Below, one piece after another: positions 9,850 to 18,191 of a stretch of 46,997 bases of DNA. The position numbers and the translations under genes were made by a program. Origin of the DNA: a virus (lineage: Duplodnaviria; Heunggongvirae; Uroviricota; Caudoviricetes); the IMG/VR virus record IMGVR_UViG_2693429779_000010. One strand, written 5' to 3'. Numbering within the stretch: position 1 is the stretch's first letter; every line of letters starts with the position of its first letter. The notes under the pieces were generated by a model, which ran no database searches, was not told the DNA's origin, and was given only the letters and a program-made list of their open reading frames with translations.

Positions 9850-10116
9850 TTAAATACTCCCCGCGTTATACCACGTCCCATTAATGCAATACTGAATTGG
9901 CCTTGCCTGAGTTGTATCAATTAGTTCATCTCTGTTTGAGTTAACGGAACCGGTAACAACATAACCTGACCTGTCAGACCATCCGGGACCATTCCATGTC
10001 TGAACAGATAACAGACCACCAAGGCGAATACCTGTAATAAACCTTGAGTTACATTCTGCCTGCGTATATGCACCAACATCTCCCGCAGAGGGTTTGCGGG
10101 TTGTGGTGTAAAACTC
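9850..10116 (-). pseudogene. 3' fragment of tail-fibre variable domain B, cut off from its 5' part by IS600 (copy 1)
   Basis: Encodes ...EFYTTTRKPSAGDVGAYTQAECNS...INGTWYNAGSI; the matching upstream codons (...GFEADWSE) lie at 18192 on the other side of IS600 copy 3. Confidence 0.75.
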
Positions 10117-11258
10117 TGAGGTGTACTGGCAATAGCGGACACTACCATTTGTTCTTTTTTTAAGCAGCCATCTGATGATATTTTTCCCTGAAGGCTGCCG
10201 GGGAGATATTCCCCAGACGAGAGTGACGACGCTGACGATTGTAGAAAATCTCAATGTATTCCCGTATTACTGAGATGGCTTCATCCCGGTTATTAAAACG
10301 ATAGTGGCTCAGGCTCTCATTTTTCAGCGTTCCCCAGAAGCTTTCCATCGGAGCGTTGTCGTAACAGTTACCTTTACGCGACATTGATGTTTTCAGACCA
10401 GACTGCTCCTGTATGACCCGGTAATCGTATGCGCAGTACTGTGAACCTCGATCAGAGTGGTGGATTAGCCCGGCAGGTGGGCGCTGGCTCCTGAGCGCCA
10501 TAAACAGGGCTTTACCTGTCAGCTCTTTTGTCATGCGCTCTCCCATGGCGTAGCCGACAATTTCGCACGTATAAACATCTTTGATGCCAGCGAGGTACAA
10601 CCATCCCTCCTGTGTGGCAACATACGTCAGGTCCGCCACCCAGACCTGATTTGGTGCTGTAGGAGCGAACGTCTGGTTCAGCAGATTTGGCGCAACTGGC
10701 AGATTGTGGTTCGAGTTCGTAGTCGCTCTGAACTTGCGTTTCTGCTTACAGCGTAGCCTTAGCTCCTTACGAAGACGTGCCAGTCGGTCACGACCAACGA
10801 TGATGCCATTCTCTGCCAGCTCCGTCTGGAGCCGCCGGGTTCCATATGTTTCGCGAGTGCGGATATGTGCCACCTTAATCTCCAGTTTTAGCCGCTCATC
10901 ACTTTGTTTTCTGTCTGAGGGTTCATGCTGTACCCAGTTGTAATAACCGCTCCTGGATACACCAAATACCTGACACATCGCTTCAATGGGAAATTGTTGT
11001 CGCCATTGTTCGATTAACGCGTATTTTTCAGCGACTCCTGTGCAAAATACGCTGTTGCTTTTTTTAATATATCTCGCTCAAGGCGAGCTTCATTTAACGC
11101 CTTACGCAGTTGCAGAATTTCAGATTCCAGTTCAGCCACCGTGCGGGAACCAGGAGTACCGAGCCCTTTTCTGGCGGCGGTAACCCATTGTCCTAAAGTG
11201 CCTTCAGGAAGAGATAATCGGGAAGCGCCTTCACTGATCGAAAGTTGATTTTCAAGAT
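10117..11258 (-). mobile_element. IS600 (IS3 family) copy 1, truncated at the orfA end
   Basis: Starts with TGAGGTGTACTGGCAATAGCGGACACT inverted repeat at 10117; identical to copies 2 and 3 up to ~11258 (...GATTTTCAAGA), then diverges into unrelated sequence. Confidence 0.85.
10160..10978 (-). CDS. IS600 transposase OrfB (DDE integrase domain)
   Basis: 272-aa ORF identical in all three copies; IS3-family OrfB. Confidence 0.9.
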   Translation of the reverse strand: MCQVFGVSRSGYYNWVQHEPSDRKQSDERLKLEIKVAHIRTRETYGTRRLQTELAENGIIVGRDRLARLRKELRLRCKQKRKFRATTNSNHNLPVAPNLLNQTFAPTAPNQVWVADLTYVATQEGWLYLAGIKDVYTCEIVGYAMGERMTKELTGKALFMALRSQRPPAGLIHHSDRGSQYCAYDYRVIQEQSGLKTSMSRKGNCYDNAPMESFWGTLKNESLSHYRFNNRDEAISVIREYIEIFYNRQRRHSRLGNISPAAFREKYHQMAA

Positions 11259-11645
11259 GGAACTCTATACGGAGCCACAATTCTTGGCGATGGAGTTGTG
11301 CACAATAGCTTCGGTCAAAAACTGATGCGCATTTACAATCAGAAAGGCATCTTTTCAAACACAAAAGATTCCGAAGAAGGCTTAACACATATACTCTCAG
11401 AGCATTTCGAGAATGTTAAAACCAGGGTTCAAGGTACTGTAGTAATGTTTTCCGCTTCAGGGAAAAAATAGCATCCAACCGCAGCACGTTCTTGCTTAAG
11501 ACGTGCTGCGGCATAATCCCAATGATTACTCCCTGACAGGGTTCGTAGGCCACTCAATATCAGGTGCAGTTGATGTATCAACACGGTTCAGCAACACCCG
11601 ATACTTTTTCTAGGCTTCCACCACCAGCACGACAAGATGCCGCAT
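11259..11645. other. ~390-bp segment of unknown origin joining truncated IS600 to the decayed invertase copy
   Basis: No match to IS600, the invertase region or fibre genes; contains hairpin GCAGCACGT-n11-ACGTGCTGC at ~11421-11449. Confidence 0.4.
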
Positions 11646-11870
11646 ACAGTGACCCAGTCAGTCCAGTTTTCAGACAACCAGTGCGTCACCTTTTTGAAGG
11701 CGCTTTAAAGCACGTTTTAATCCAGGTCGGCCTGTCCTTGTTCCGCTTAATTTATCTTCAAATATTTGTTCATATCCTGCACAAACAAGAGCGTTTCGTT
11801 GCAGGTCTGTATTCTGGTCATTTGTTGATACCCTTACATAGCCAATCAGCACGCTGAATCTCCCGTCCAA
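11646..11870 (-). pseudogene. Decayed duplicate of the invertase 5' end (pin')
   Basis: ~95% DNA identity to 7470-7700; TGG to TGA change gives ...GDALVV* where pin has ...GDTLVVWKLD; homology ends at ~11646. Confidence 0.8.
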
Positions 11871-11906
11871 AAGCGCAAATCATGCCATGCAGGCCGGAAA
11901 CGGCCA

Positions 11907-11932
11907 TTATCTAAAACCTCGGTTTACAGGAA
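11907..11932 (+). other. pix-type crossover site 2 (identical to site 1)
   Basis: TTATCTAAAACCTCGGTTTACAGGAA downstream of pin'. Confidence 0.8.
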
Positions 11933-11977
11933 ACGGTAAACAAGGCTGGTAACGCCGTTCAGCGTTCCGGCGATAAA

Positions 11978-12820
11978 ATGACCGGAGAACTGAAAATTGG
12001 CACGGTGAATGCGCTGCGAATTTTCAATGATACCTTCGGTCTAATTTTCCGTCGTTCAGAAGATTTTCTTCATTTCATTCCGACGGCTGAAGGACAAGGC
12101 GAAAACGGTAATATCGGCCCATTAAGGCCATTCGCTATAAATCTGAGAACAGGTGCTATATCTGTCAGCCACGGGGCCAAAATTAAAGGAGGTCTAGCTA
12201 TTGGAGCTACTGATAACGCACTGGGTGAAAACTCCATTGTTCTGGGAGATAACGACACCGGATTTAGGCAAGATGGAGATGGTATTATTAGCTTCTATTC
12301 AAATGGTTCGCGCATCGGACATATTGATGAGTTAGGATTACATCTTTATAAAGATATTGAATCTAATGGCAGCAATTTTAGATTAAAAAGTAATTACCGC
12401 CACCACATTACATTCGCCAACGAAGACGGAAGAATTCGTATGTTTTTGTGGAAAGATAACGGTGGTGATGGTGTTCATATTAATAACGGTTCAGATGGTG
12501 GTGGTGATTTCATTTTTAAAACAGATGGGGGATTTGCGCTGGGAAGTGGTGCGCAAGTTGCGTCTAGTGGCGATATTTATGGTTCAGTGTGGGAAAACAA
12601 CTGGTTAAGCACATGGCTGCATAATCATGTCGTTCGGGATATTCGTCTTGGCAGCATTGAATATAAAAACGTATGGCGCGACTACGGCTTTGGCGATGCG
12701 TCAGGTTATGTTTTAACAGCCGCAATTAACAGCAATGCGGATGATATTGTCGACACTGTTGCCAGAAGGCCAATTCAGAAATTGATTGGGGGAATATGGT
12801 ACAACGTGGGGAGTGTTTAA
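11978..12820 (+). CDS. Tail-fibre variable C-terminal cassette C
   Basis: Open in frame from pix-2 (...[26 protein letters not shown]...), ends ...[13 protein letters not shown]; related to cassette A but lacks its ~90-aa N-proximal segment. Confidence 0.75.
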   Translation: MTGELKIGTVNALRIFNDTFGLIFRRSEDFLHFIPTAEGQGENGNIGPLRPFAINLRTGAISVSHGAKIKGGLAIGATDNALGENSIVLGDNDTGFRQDGDGIISFYSNGSRIGHIDELGLHLYKDIESNGSNFRLKSNYRHHITFANEDGRIRMFLWKDNGGDGVHINNGSDGGGDFIFKTDGGFALGSGAQVASSGDIYGSVWENNWLSTWLHNHVVRDIRLGSIEYKNVWRDYGFGDASGYVLTAAINSNADDIVDTVARRPIQKLIGGIWYNVGSV

Positions 12821-12821
12821 G

Positions 12822-13349
12822 ATGATGCACCTGAAAAATATTAAGGCCGGGAATCCGAAAACACCGGAACAATACCAGCTAACTAAAAAAGCGGGCGTGG
12901 TATGGCTCTTTTGCGAAGATGGCAAAAACTGGTATGAGGAACAAAAGAATTTTCAGCCAGACACCATAAAAATTGCTTACGATGAGAACAACATCATCGT
13001 TGCTGTCAGTAAAGACGTTTCAACTATTAATCCTGAAGGGCTAAGCATAGTTGAAGTTCCTGATATTACGGCAAATCGTCACGCAGACAATAACGGAAAA
13101 TGGATGTTTCTGGATGGTAAAGTAGTAAAGAGGGAATATACAGAACAGGAACTGCAACAACAGGCCGAATCACAAAAGGCCGCATTGCTTTCCGAAGCTG
13201 AATCAGTCATCCAGCCGCTGGAACGCGCTGTCAGGCTGAATATGGCGACGGACGAGGAACGCACACGACTGGAAGCATGGGAACGCTACAGTGTTCTGGT
13301 CAGCCGTGTGGATACGGCAAAGCCAGAATGGCCACAAAAGCCTGAGTAA
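12822..13349 (+). CDS. Tail fibre assembly protein, cassette C
   Basis: [17 protein letters not shown]...; C-terminal ~65 aa identical to tfaA. Confidence 0.8.
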   Translation: MMHLKNIKAGNPKTPEQYQLTKKAGVVWLFCEDGKNWYEEQKNFQPDTIKIAYDENNIIVAVSKDVSTINPEGLSIVEVPDITANRHADNNGKWMFLDGKVVKREYTEQELQQQAESQKAALLSEAESVIQPLERAVRLNMATDEERTRLEAWERYSVLVSRVDTAKPEWPQKPE

Positions 13350-13354
13350 AAATT

Positions 13355-13374
13355 AAGGCCCGATATCGGGCCTT
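13355..13374. terminator. Second copy of the 20-bp palindrome
   Basis: Identical to 9291-9310. Confidence 0.5.
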
Positions 13375-13377
13375 GTT

Positions 13378-13911
13378 TCATTCTGGTTGTTCGGGAAACG
13401 TTACTGGCAGGCTGGAGGTGTCTGTGGATTCGACCTTCTGCGCATAGAGCATCCACTCGGTTAATTTTTGTTTATTCTCGTCGGAAATAATGCCCAGCCG
13501 TAGCTGTGAGTCCCATAGCTGGGTTTTATCCCTGACGAGCTGTAGCAGGCTTTGCTTTTCATTTTCCGCTTGTTGCCTCTGCTCTTCCCCGGTATAAGTT
13601 CGCTTTATCACTACGCCATCTTTGAACATCCATTTACCTGAAATATCAGCCCGGCGATTTGCTGTAATATCAGGAACCTCAACGACGCTTGCGCCTTCCG
13701 GATTAATTGCTGAAACATCCTTTTCAATACAAATAATAACGCCGTTGTGGTCATAGACCATTTTCAACGTATCAGGCTGAAAGTTCTTTTGTTCCTCATA
13801 CCAGTTTTTCCCATCCTCTGTATAAAGCCATTTGATGTTAAATTGTTTCGTTAGCTGGTATTGCTCTTTTGTTTCAGGATTACCAGCAGAAATGTTTTTT
13901 AAGTGCATCAT
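13378..13911 (-). CDS. Tail fibre assembly protein, cassette B (copy 2)
   Basis: Identical to 9314-9847. Confidence 0.8.
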   Translation of the reverse strand: MMHLKNISAGNPETKEQYQLTKQFNIKWLYTEDGKNWYEEQKNFQPDTLKMVYDHNGVIICIEKDVSAINPEGASVVEVPDITANRRADISGKWMFKDGVVIKRTYTGEEQRQQAENEKQSLLQLVRDKTQLWDSQLRLGIISDENKQKLTEWMLYAQKVESTDTSSLPVTFPEQPE

Positions 13912-13913
13912 CG

Positions 13914-14180
13914 TTAAATACTCCCCGCGTTATACCACGTCCCATTAATGCAATACTGAATTGGCCTTGCCTGAGTTGTATCAATTAGTTCATCTCTGTT
14001 TGAGTTAACGGAACCGGTAACAACATAACCTGACCTGTCAGACCATCCGGGACCATTCCATGTCTGAACAGATAACAGACCACCAAGGCGAATACCTGTA
14101 ATAAACCTTGAGTTACATTCTGCCTGCGTATATGCACCAACATCTCCCGCAGAGGGTTTGCGGGTTGTGGTGTAAAACTC
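13914..14180 (-). pseudogene. 3' fragment of fibre variable domain B (copy 2), abutting IS600 copy 2
   Basis: Identical to 9850-10116. Confidence 0.75.
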
Positions 14181-14223
14181 TGAGGTGTACTGGCAATAGC
14201 GGACACTACCATTTGTTCTTTTT

Positions 14224-15042
14224 TTAAGCAGCCATCTGATGATATTTTTCCCTGAAGGCTGCCGGGGAGATATTCCCCAGACGAGAGTGACGACGCTGAC
14301 GATTGTAGAAAATCTCAATGTATTCCCGTATTACTGAGATGGCTTCATCCCGGTTATTAAAACGATAGTGGCTCAGGCTCTCATTTTTCAGCGTTCCCCA
14401 GAAGCTTTCCATCGGAGCGTTGTCGTAACAGTTACCTTTACGCGACATTGATGTTTTCAGACCAGACTGCTCCTGTATGACCCGGTAATCGTATGCGCAG
14501 TACTGTGAACCTCGATCAGAGTGGTGGATTAGCCCGGCAGGTGGGCGCTGGCTCCTGAGCGCCATAAACAGGGCTTTACCTGTCAGCTCTTTTGTCATGC
14601 GCTCTCCCATGGCGTAGCCGACAATTTCGCACGTATAAACATCTTTGATGCCAGCGAGGTACAACCATCCCTCCTGTGTGGCAACATACGTCAGGTCCGC
14701 CACCCAGACCTGATTTGGTGCTGTAGGAGCGAACGTCTGGTTCAGCAGATTTGGCGCAACTGGCAGATTGTGGTTCGAGTTCGTAGTCGCTCTGAACTTG
14801 CGTTTCTGCTTACAGCGTAGCCTTAGCTCCTTACGAAGACGTGCCAGTCGGTCACGACCAACGATGATGCCATTCTCTGCCAGCTCCGTCTGGAGCCGCC
14901 GGGTTCCATATGTTTCGCGAGTGCGGATATGTGCCACCTTAATCTCCAGTTTTAGCCGCTCATCACTTTGTTTTCTGTCTGAGGGTTCATGCTGTACCCA
15001 GTTGTAATAACCGCTCCTGGATACACCAAATACCTGACACAT
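14224..15042 (-). CDS. IS600 transposase OrfB
   Basis: 272 aa, identical to other copies. Confidence 0.9.
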   Translation of the reverse strand: MCQVFGVSRSGYYNWVQHEPSDRKQSDERLKLEIKVAHIRTRETYGTRRLQTELAENGIIVGRDRLARLRKELRLRCKQKRKFRATTNSNHNLPVAPNLLNQTFAPTAPNQVWVADLTYVATQEGWLYLAGIKDVYTCEIVGYAMGERMTKELTGKALFMALRSQRPPAGLIHHSDRGSQYCAYDYRVIQEQSGLKTSMSRKGNCYDNAPMESFWGTLKNESLSHYRFNNRDEAISVIREYIEIFYNRQRRHSRLGNISPAAFREKYHQMAA

Positions 15043-15077
15043 CGCTTCAATGGGAAATTGTTGTCGCCATTGTTCGA

Positions 15078-15380
15078 TTAACGCGTATTTTTCAGCGACT
15101 CCTGTGCAAAATACGCTGTTGCTTTTTTTAATATATCTCGCTCAAGGCGAGCTTCATTTAACGCCTTACGCAGTTGCAGAATTTCAGATTCCAGTTCAGC
15201 CACCGTGCGGGAACCAGGAGTACCGAGCCCTTTTCTGGCGGCGGTAACCCATTGTCCTAAAGTGCCTTCAGGAAGAGATAATCGGGAAGCGCCTTCACTG
15301 ATCGAAAGTTGATTTTCAAGAACCGTTCTGACAGCTTCGGCTTTGAACTCTTTAGAGTAACGTTGGGTTTTTCTGCTCAT
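15078..15380 (-). CDS. IS600 OrfA (HTH transposase N-terminal subunit)
   Basis: 100 aa MSRKTQRYSKEFKAEAVRTV...; TTAAAAAAAGC slippery run near the orfA/orfB overlap. Confidence 0.9.
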   Translation of the reverse strand: MSRKTQRYSKEFKAEAVRTVLENQLSISEGASRLSLPEGTLGQWVTAARKGLGTPGSRTVAELESEILQLRKALNEARLERDILKKATAYFAQESLKNTR

Positions 15381-15444
15381 TATTAGCTCCTTCTGATGCC
15401 ATTCTATTTCAGGAAGGAGTGTCCGTTAAACTCAGGCTACCTCA

Positions 15445-15937
15445 AGTCTGTGGATTCAACCTTCTGCGCATAGAGCATCCACTCGGTTAATTTTTGTTTA
15501 TTCTCATCGGAAATGATGCCCAGCTGTAGCTGAGAGTCCCACAGCTGGGTTTTATCCCTGACGAGCTGCAGCAGGCTCTGCTTTTCATTTTCCGCTTGTT
15601 GCCTTTGCTCTTCCTCGGTATAAGTTCGCTTTATCACCGCACCATCTTTGAACATCCAGTTGCCCGAAATATCAGCCCGGCGATTTGCTGTAATATCAGG
15701 CAACTCAACGACACTTAAACCTTCTGGATTAATTGCTGATACATCCTTGTCTATAGCAATAATTATTCCCTCAACTGTGTAAGCCAGTTTTATTGTATCC
15801 TCCTGAAAGTTTTTTAATTCCTCATGCCAATTTTTTCCATCTTCGGACCATAACCAGATAACATCAAAATTCTTTGTTAGCTGGTATTGTTCAACGGTTT
15901 TTGGATTACCTGCGACAATGTTTTTTAAATGCTGCAT
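15445..15937 (-). CDS. Tail fibre assembly protein, cassette D, C-terminus truncated by IS600 copy 2
   Basis: [15 protein letters not shown]...KVESTD then runs into the IS end (LR*); the last ~11 codons seen in tfaB are missing. Confidence 0.75.
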
Positions 15938-15939
15938 GA

Positions 15940-16927
15940 TTATACCTGCGATACGTTATACCATGTTCCGTTAATTAACTTTTGTATTGGTCTGAATACT
16001 GCCGGATCATCACCATCGACTTCACCGATAATACCAAGCCCCGTGATTACATGGCCTGATTTTTCATACATCACGCCTTTCTTCATGGTCTAAACAACTC
16101 GTGTGCCAAGTCTGACATCTCTCACATAGCGGGAATCAAAGTTACCGTAATCCGAGGGATTAACACGTCCCGTAATATTTATGGTTTTATTACTTTGAAT
16201 GCTTCCGGAGACAAAGCGCATAACATGGACGTTATTAGCATAAACATCCAGATTACCATCGCCTTTTTGTTTAAAGCCCGTGTCATTATCACCCAATACA
16301 ATCGAATTACCGCCAAGAGCACTGGATGTTCCGATACCCAGTGCACCATTCAGTTGACCACCAGATAACGGCAGTGCACCAACATCTCCTGCTGAAGGTT
16401 TTCTGGTGGTGTAAAATTCGGACCAGTCGGCTTCAAAACCATAACCATCACGGGCTGAACGATAAAAAATACCGCCATTTTTATAATTAATCCGAAACTG
16501 AGCTGCAGGACAACTTCCTTCTCCCATATAAAAATGAATAATTAACGTTGATGCACCACTAATAGTTGCGTTATAGGCTCCGCTACTCCAGTTCCATCCA
16601 ACTGCTTTATCATTCGCAACGGTGCTTCCTGTTTTCCCTAAGGCAAACGCACCAACATGACTTGCTTTTAATGTGATATCGGAGGAACCATCAAAAGCCA
16701 CATTGCTTATTTTCCTGGCAGTTTTTAATTTTGCAGCTGTAGAAGCATTGCCGGATAGTTCACCAGAAAGGCCACCGCTGAATGTTTGTCGATTAGTCCA
16801 GGTATTCGCTGTACTGAGTAACGGTATTTTCTCCCCGCTTGTGCCGAGTTCTCGTAAACCGAGGTATTCGATAACGGCAGCAACGGTCGATTTCGCAAGA
16901 ATATCCCGCCCGACTTTTGTCAGGGTA
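15940..16927 (-). pseudogene. Tail-fibre 3' portion D (end of constant region, pix-like site, variable domain) with in-frame amber stop; 5' end cut by IS600 copy 3
   Basis: ...TLTKVGRDILAKSTVAAVIEYLGL...DVRLGTRVV-TAG-TMKKGVMYEKSGHVITGL...[11 protein letters not shown]; the TAG at 16090-16092 sits where recalled P2 H has Gln. Confidence 0.7.
16849..16874 (-). other. Degenerate pix-like site inside fibre fragment D (inverted orientation)
   Basis: TTCTCGTAAACC-GA-GGTATTCGATAA; 4 mismatches to the reverse complement of pix-1; encodes VIEYLGL. Confidence 0.55.
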
Positions 16928-16970
16928 TGAGGTGTACTGGCAATAGCGGACACTACCATTTGTTCTTTTT

Positions 16971-17789
16971 TTAAGCAGCCATCTGATGATATTTTTCCCT
17001 GAAGGCTGCCGGGGAGATATTCCCCAGACGAGAGTGACGACGCTGACGATTGTAGAAAATCTCAATGTATTCCCGTATTACTGAGATGGCTTCATCCCGG
17101 TTATTAAAACGATAGTGGCTCAGGCTCTCATTTTTCAGCGTTCCCCAGAAGCTTTCCATCGGAGCGTTGTCGTAACAGTTACCTTTACGCGACATTGATG
17201 TTTTCAGACCAGACTGCTCCTGTATGACCCGGTAATCGTATGCGCAGTACTGTGAACCTCGATCAGAGTGGTGGATTAGCCCGGCAGGTGGGCGCTGGCT
17301 CCTGAGCGCCATAAACAGGGCTTTACCTGTCAGCTCTTTTGTCATGCGCTCTCCCATGGCGTAGCCGACAATTTCGCACGTATAAACATCTTTGATGCCA
17401 GCGAGGTACAACCATCCCTCCTGTGTGGCAACATACGTCAGGTCCGCCACCCAGACCTGATTTGGTGCTGTAGGAGCGAACGTCTGGTTCAGCAGATTTG
17501 GCGCAACTGGCAGATTGTGGTTCGAGTTCGTAGTCGCTCTGAACTTGCGTTTCTGCTTACAGCGTAGCCTTAGCTCCTTACGAAGACGTGCCAGTCGGTC
17601 ACGACCAACGATGATGCCATTCTCTGCCAGCTCCGTCTGGAGCCGCCGGGTTCCATATGTTTCGCGAGTGCGGATATGTGCCACCTTAATCTCCAGTTTT
17701 AGCCGCTCATCACTTTGTTTTCTGTCTGAGGGTTCATGCTGTACCCAGTTGTAATAACCGCTCCTGGATACACCAAATACCTGACACAT
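16971..17789 (-). CDS. IS600 transposase OrfB
   Basis: 272 aa, identical to other copies. Confidence 0.9.
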   Translation of the reverse strand: MCQVFGVSRSGYYNWVQHEPSDRKQSDERLKLEIKVAHIRTRETYGTRRLQTELAENGIIVGRDRLARLRKELRLRCKQKRKFRATTNSNHNLPVAPNLLNQTFAPTAPNQVWVADLTYVATQEGWLYLAGIKDVYTCEIVGYAMGERMTKELTGKALFMALRSQRPPAGLIHHSDRGSQYCAYDYRVIQEQSGLKTSMSRKGNCYDNAPMESFWGTLKNESLSHYRFNNRDEAISVIREYIEIFYNRQRRHSRLGNISPAAFREKYHQMAA

Positions 17790-17824
17790 CGCTTCAATGG
17801 GAAATTGTTGTCGCCATTGTTCGA

Positions 17825-18127
17825 TTAACGCGTATTTTTCAGCGACTCCTGTGCAAAATACGCTGTTGCTTTTTTTAATATATCTCGCTCAAGGCGAGCT
17901 TCATTTAACGCCTTACGCAGTTGCAGAATTTCAGATTCCAGTTCAGCCACCGTGCGGGAACCAGGAGTACCGAGCCCTTTTCTGGCGGCGGTAACCCATT
18001 GTCCTAAAGTGCCTTCAGGAAGAGATAATCGGGAAGCGCCTTCACTGATCGAAAGTTGATTTTCAAGAACCGTTCTGACAGCTTCGGCTTTGAACTCTTT
18101 AGAGTAACGTTGGGTTTTTCTGCTCAT
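17825..18127 (-). CDS. IS600 OrfA
   Basis: 100 aa, identical to copy 2. Confidence 0.9.
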   Translation of the reverse strand: MSRKTQRYSKEFKAEAVRTVLENQLSISEGASRLSLPEGTLGQWVTAARKGLGTPGSRTVAELESEILQLRKALNEARLERDILKKATAYFAQESLKNTR

Positions 18128-18191
18128 TATTAGCTCCTTCTGATGCCATTCTATTTCAGGAAGGAGTGTCCGTTAAACTCAGGCTACCTCA

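Larger units (their letters stand above)
14181..15444 (-). mobile_element. IS600 copy 2, complete (1264 bp)
   Basis: Terminal repeats TGAGGTGTACTGG... (14181) and ...GGCTACCTCA (15444); orfA and orfB with an A-run frameshift window; flanks CTC (low) and AAG (high) do not match. Confidence 0.9.
16928..18191 (-). mobile_element. IS600 copy 3, complete (1264 bp)
   Basis: Ends at 16928 and 18191; high flank CTC (18192-18194) equals the low flank of copies 1 and 2 (10114-10116, 14178-14180). Confidence 0.9.

Noticed and set aside
11014-11388. 124-aa variant IS600 OrfA with a different N-terminus
   Set aside because: Chimeric reading across the truncation point of IS600 copy 1 into unrelated sequence.
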